Below the pieces are notes generated by a model. The model saw only the letters and a program-made list of their open reading frames with translations. It was not told the DNA's origin and ran no database searches. Shown in pieces: positions 7,815 to 10,740 of a stretch of 10,740 nt of DNA. The stretch's first letter is position 1, and every line of letters starts with the position of its first letter. Made by a program: the position numbers and the translations under genes. The stretch is from an uncultured Gammaproteobacteria bacterium (GTDB lineage: Bacteria; Patescibacteriota; Patescibacteriia; UBA2591; UBA6264), in NCBI GenBank assembly GCA_964617525.1, contig CAZTWG010000001.1, positions 14,933 to 25,672 of the forward strand. The letters run 5' to 3'.

Positions 7815-8180
7815 ATAGATAAACTAGATGGTTGCTTGGTAGCCTTTATGGGTTATTAAGAGGAAAGTCCGAACACTCCCTTGGCAACAAGGAGTAGGAT
7901 AGCGGGTAATTCCCGTCGCATTAATACTTTGTTGTATTGGTGTAGAGGTGCGAACAGAGACGCCAAGGCTTGCAAAGGCCTAGGCACCCCCTTTTTAAAA
8001 GTGGGTGAGCGTGGCTATATAACAAAAAACCACGATGAAACGGCTAAATCCTTATTTGAGTGCAAGACCAAATTTTGGTAGGTCGTTAGAGTTTAATGGT
8101 AACATTAAGCCTAGATAAATAGCCATCCCGTTTTTCGCAAGATTAACGGAACAGAATTCGGCTTATAAGTTTATCTAAAA
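7815..8180 (+). ncRNA. rnpB: RNase P RNA (bacterial M1 RNA)
   Basis: The universal CR-I sequence GAGGAAAGTCCGAAC is at 7860-7874 and CR-V ACAGAATTCGGCTTAT at 8151-8166. P4 pairs 7865-7873 with 8157-8164, with the canonical bulged U at 7868. P1 pairs 7816-7825 with 8168-8177. P2 pairs 7827-7833 with 8121-8127. P5 pairs 7874-7878 with 8058-8062. The J11/12 sequence AACAGAGA and the GCCTAGATAAAT block are also conserved. Local G+C is clearly higher than in the flanks. End coordinates are approximate, within a few nt. Confidence 0.92.
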
Positions 8181-8182
8181 TA

Positions 8183-8220
8183 CTAAATCCTTTAACTTAT
8201 GTTCTAGGATTTTGTATTAT
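8183..8220 (+). terminator. Weak hairpin plus T-rich tract downstream of rnpB (possible intrinsic terminator)
   Basis: AAATCCT at 8185-8191 pairs with AGGATTT at 8206-8212, and C8183 can pair with G8214. The loop is 14 nt. The hairpin is followed by TATTATTTTCT. The stem is short and AT-rich, so the support is weak. Confidence 0.25.
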
Positions 8221-8224
8221 TTTC

Positions 8225-8233
8225 TGTTATAAT
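8225..8233 (+). promoter_or_regulatory. Extended -10 element TGTTATAAT (TGnTATAAT) immediately upstream of the sugar-transferase start
   Basis: It is a perfect match to the extended -10 consensus. Its last base, 8233, is only 9 nt before ATG 8243. In an AT-rich genome TATAAT-like strings also arise by chance. Confidence 0.35.
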
Positions 8234-8242
8234 AAAAATTAT

Positions 8243-9619
8243 ATGAAAAGAAACGATTTATTTTTTGCTACCTTTTTAGTGCCAGTAGATTATGTTATGC
8301 TGGTTTTGTCTGGAGTTTTTGTCTACTTTTTGCGTTTTACCGCTTTTACTAGTTTACGACCAGTTATTTATGAAATTCCATTCAAAGAATATCTTATTTC
8401 TGTTTTTTTAATCGCTTTAACTTGGCTAGGCATTTTCGTTTTATCTGGTCTTTATAATTTAGGGCTGAAGCGCAGATTTTCTAAAGAAGTCCCCAAGATA
8501 TTTTTAGCTTGTTCTATGGGGACAATGTTTATTGTGACTTTTATTTTTTTTAAAGGAGAATACTTTTCCTCTCGTTTTATTATTTTGGCTGCTTGGATAG
8601 TTTCTATTTTTTTCGTTAGCTTGGGAAGGGCATCGATCCATATCTTAAGATTATTGGCATATAAAAAAGGAAAAAATCTAGAACCAGTTTTAATATTAGG
8701 CAAAGATAAAACTACTGAGCAGATTATTCGCTACTTACAGGACAACACCAGGGTTGGATATCGGGTTTTGGGCAACCCTAAATCTTTTTTAAGCTTAAAA
8801 GAAGAATGGCTAGATAGAGTGGGAGAAATAAATGAAATTATTCAGACAGACCCTTTGCTAGAACGGTCAGAGGTGCTAAAAATTATTGATTTTTGCCAAG
8901 AGCATCAAATTATTTTTAGATATGCGGCTGATATTTTTGATTCTTTGGCGAGTAATGTGCAAATGGAAACAATCAATGGTATTCCAATCATTACTTTGGG
9001 GCAAACAGCTCTTTGTGGTTGGGGAAGGATTGTAAAGCGTTTTATTGACTTAGTCTGCGCTTCTCTATCTTTGGTTTTTCTTTCTCCACTTTTCTTGATC
9101 TTAGCCATTATTATTAAGATTGATTCCCGCGGTCCAGTTTTTGTCAGCCTCAAAAGAGTCGGACAAAAGAATCATCCATTTCAACTTTATAAATTTCGTT
9201 CTATGGTGCCGAACGCTCAAAAACTTAAAGAGCAATTATTAAAACATAACGAAAGAGAAGGTCCTTTGTTTAAAATGAAAGATGATCCACGGATAACTCG
9301 TTTCGGTCATTTTTTACGTAGAACCAGCTTAGATGAGCTACCTCAGTTTTTTAATATTCTTAAAGGAGAGATGAGCTTAGTAGGACCACGTCCTCATGAA
9401 CCGCAAGAAATAGCTAATTACGCTAGACGTCATAAGCAACTACTAGCTATTAGACCAGGATTAACTGGTTTGCCTCAAATCTCTGGTCGCTCAAAATTAT
9501 CATTTAACAAAGAAGCGAAACTAGATATTTATTATATTGAAAATTGGTCTTTATTGTTTGATTTGCAAATTATATTAATGACCATTCCTGTAATTTTAAC
9601 TACCAAAAATGCATCTTAA
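8243..9619 (+). CDS. Polyprenyl-phosphate sugar phosphotransferase (WbaP/WcaJ-type bacterial sugar transferase, large PGT)
   Basis: The N-terminus has several hydrophobic helices, followed by a central Rossmann-like region (VLILGKDKTTEQIIRYL). The C-terminal bacterial sugar transferase domain shows KRFIDLVCASLSLVFLSPLFLILAIIIKIDSRGPVF...YKFRSM...DELPQFFNILKGEMSLVGPRP. Sugar specificity cannot be read from the sequence. Confidence 0.9.
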   Translation: MKRNDLFFATFLVPVDYVMLVLSGVFVYFLRFTAFTSLRPVIYEIPFKEYLISVFLIALTWLGIFVLSGLYNLGLKRRFSKEVPKIFLACSMGTMFIVTFIFFKGEYFSSRFIILAAWIVSIFFVSLGRASIHILRLLAYKKGKNLEPVLILGKDKTTEQIIRYLQDNTRVGYRVLGNPKSFLSLKEEWLDRVGEINEIIQTDPLLERSEVLKIIDFCQEHQIIFRYAADIFDSLASNVQMETINGIPIITLGQTALCGWGRIVKRFIDLVCASLSLVFLSPLFLILAIIIKIDSRGPVFVSLKRVGQKNHPFQLYKFRSMVPNAQKLKEQLLKHNEREGPLFKMKDDPRITRFGHFLRRTSLDELPQFFNILKGEMSLVGPRPHEPQEIANYARRHKQLLAIRPGLTGLPQISGRSKLSFNKEAKLDIYYIENWSLLFDLQIILMTIPVILTTKNAS

Positions 9620-10740
9620 TTTAAAGCCTGTTATTGGCTTAGAAATTCATTTAGAGCTTAACACAAAGAGTAAATTGTTTTGTTCTTGCTCTAACAAAGT
9701 TCAGGGCGTTTTGCCCAATGTTAATATTTGCCCAATTTGTCTAGGCCATCCTGGAGTTTTACCGGTTCTAAATAAAAAGGTAATAGAAAAGGTTTTGCTT
9801 TTAGGATTAGCGCTAAAGGGAGAAATAGCTGAAAGTTTTTGGTTTGATCGTAAAAACTATTTTTATCCAGATTTACCTAAAGGATATCAAATTACACAAT
9901 ACTATCGTCCATTAATTGTTGGAGGATATTTAGAGGTTAAGGAACGAAAAATTAATTTAGAGAGAATACATATAGAAGAAGATACTGCAAAATTATTACA
10001 TTCAGAAAAAGATTATAGTTTACTAGACTTTAATCGTGCTGGAGTGCCTTTAGCTGAAATAGTAACTATGCCAGACATAGAGAACTCTTCTCAAGCTAAG
10101 GAGTTTTTACAAGAATTGCAAAAAATAGCTCGTGTTTTAAATGTTTCTTTCGCAAAAATGGAAAATGGGCAAATGAGATGTGATGTCAATGTTTCTTTAA
10201 GACCAGAGAACGATAGAAAAAATCTTTATCCCAAAACAGAAATAAAAAATCTTAATTCATTTCGTGCAGTAGAGGAAGCTTTAAGATACGAGATTAAGAG
10301 GCAAACTGAATTATGGGAAAATAATAAAGCTCCCGAAGTAGAGATTACACGTGGTTGGGATGCCAAAAGGGGCATTACGGTTGAGCAGAGAAGTAAAGAG
10401 GAAAATAAAGATTATAGATATTTCAAGGAACCAGATTTACCAATTTTTTCTACCAAATCTAAAGATTTTCCGTTTGATATTGAAGAATTAAAAAAATCTT
10501 TACCGAAACTACCATCTCAACAAAGGGAATTTTGGCAGAAAAAGTATGGATTTTTAGAAAATGAAATAAAAGTATTAACTTCTTCGCCAGCAAGAGCGTC
10601 TTTTGTAGAAAAGGTTGTTGAAAAAATGCAGAACTGGATTACTTCTCGCGAAGGTATGGATGCTAGTGAATTAGAAATATGGCAAAGAAATAAGAAAAAA
10701 ATAATTAAATTGATTGCCAATTGGTTTATTAATTATTATT
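9609..10740 (+). CDS. gatB: Asp-tRNA(Asn)/Glu-tRNA(Gln) amidotransferase subunit B, 3' truncated by window edge
   Basis: It is not in the supplied ORF track because it has no stop in the window. My hand translation from ATG 9609 is open through 10740. It reads MHLNLKPVIGLEIHLELNTKSKLFCSCSN...ICPICLGHPGVLPVLNKK...FDRKNYFYPDLPKGYQITQY...IHIEEDTAKLLH...DFNRAGVPLAEIVT...RCDVNVSLRP, which are classic GatB blocks. The start overlaps the upstream stop by 11 nt (ATGCATCTTAA). Confidence 0.92.
   Translation, partial: MHLNLKPVIGLEIHLELNTKSKLFCSCSNKVQGVLPNVNICPICLGHPGVLPVLNKKVIEKVLLLGLALKGEIAESFWFDRKNYFYPDLPKGYQITQYYRPLIVGGYLEVKERKINLERIHIEEDTAKLLHSEKDYSLLDFNRAGVPLAEIVTMPDIENSSQAKEFLQELQKIARVLNVSFAKMENGQMRCDVNVSLRPENDRKNLYPKTEIKNLNSFRAVEEALRYEIKRQTELWENNKAPEVEITRGWDAKRGITVEQRSKEENKDYRYFKEPDLPIFSTKSKDFPFDIEELKKSLPKLPSQQREFWQKKYGFLENEIKVLTSSPARASFVEKVVEKMQNWITSREGMDASELEIWQRNKKKIIKLIANWFINYY

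Noticed and set aside
7881-8081. 66-aa + strand ORF in the supplied track (MATRSRIAGNSRR...)
   Set aside because: It lies entirely inside the RNase P RNA gene. It begins with a non-ATG codon, has no homology signal, and its G+C-rich composition comes from the structured RNA. It is a spurious ORF.
1376-10720. All seven minus-strand ORFs in the track (1376-1573, 1658-2008, 2508-2735, 3949-4155, 8452-8703, 8905-9153, 10517-10720)
   Set aside because: Each is antisense to and nested within a well-supported conserved + strand gene (ftsA, greA, lysS, the sugar transferase, gatB). Their translations are low-complexity and rich in Ile, Leu, Ser, Phe and Lys, as expected for shadow frames in AT-rich DNA.
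1-10740. CRISPR arrays, transposases or integrases, tRNA genes, prophage or defence-island signatures
   Set aside because: I found no spaced direct repeats, no terminal inverted repeats, no recombinase-like ORFs and no cloverleaf-capable intergenic sequence. All intergenic spacers are under 90 nt and are accounted for.

Overview
AT-rich, tightly packed housekeeping block with every credible gene on the + strand. In order: the 3' end of a YtxH-like gene, a small single-cluster ferredoxin, ybeY, ftsA, a 107-aa hypothetical (DUF4258-like by eye), greA, lysS, alr, recJ, rnhA, the RNase P RNA gene rnpB, a polyprenyl-phosphate sugar phosphotransferase, and most of gatB. gatB runs off the window end without a stop, so it is absent from the supplied ORF track. 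Spacers inside the apparent operons are 7-17 nt and one gene pair overlaps by 11 nt. Proteins are short for their families and Shine-Dalgarno motifs are essentially absent. This fits a reduced-genome, low-GC bacterium, possibly CPR/Patescibacteria-like, but that taxonomic call is inference only. Standard genetic code: TAA stops dominate, ftsA ends in TGA, and no conserved ORF has an in-frame TGA. I see no CRISPR array, mobile element, integrase, repeat family or defence-type gene cluster, and no convincing novel multi-gene system, so this looks like an ordinary core region. Items worth a second look, all of modest interest: (1) rnpB appears to combine a type-A specificity domain with Bacillus-type-like peripheral hairpins and lacks P6/P16/P17; (2) the orphan toxin-like small ORF sits where ftsZ normally follows ftsA; (3) a near-identical 16-nt motif lies upstream of both greA and lysS; (4) translation initiation appears SD-less, with a likely leaderless glycosyltransferase mRNA.
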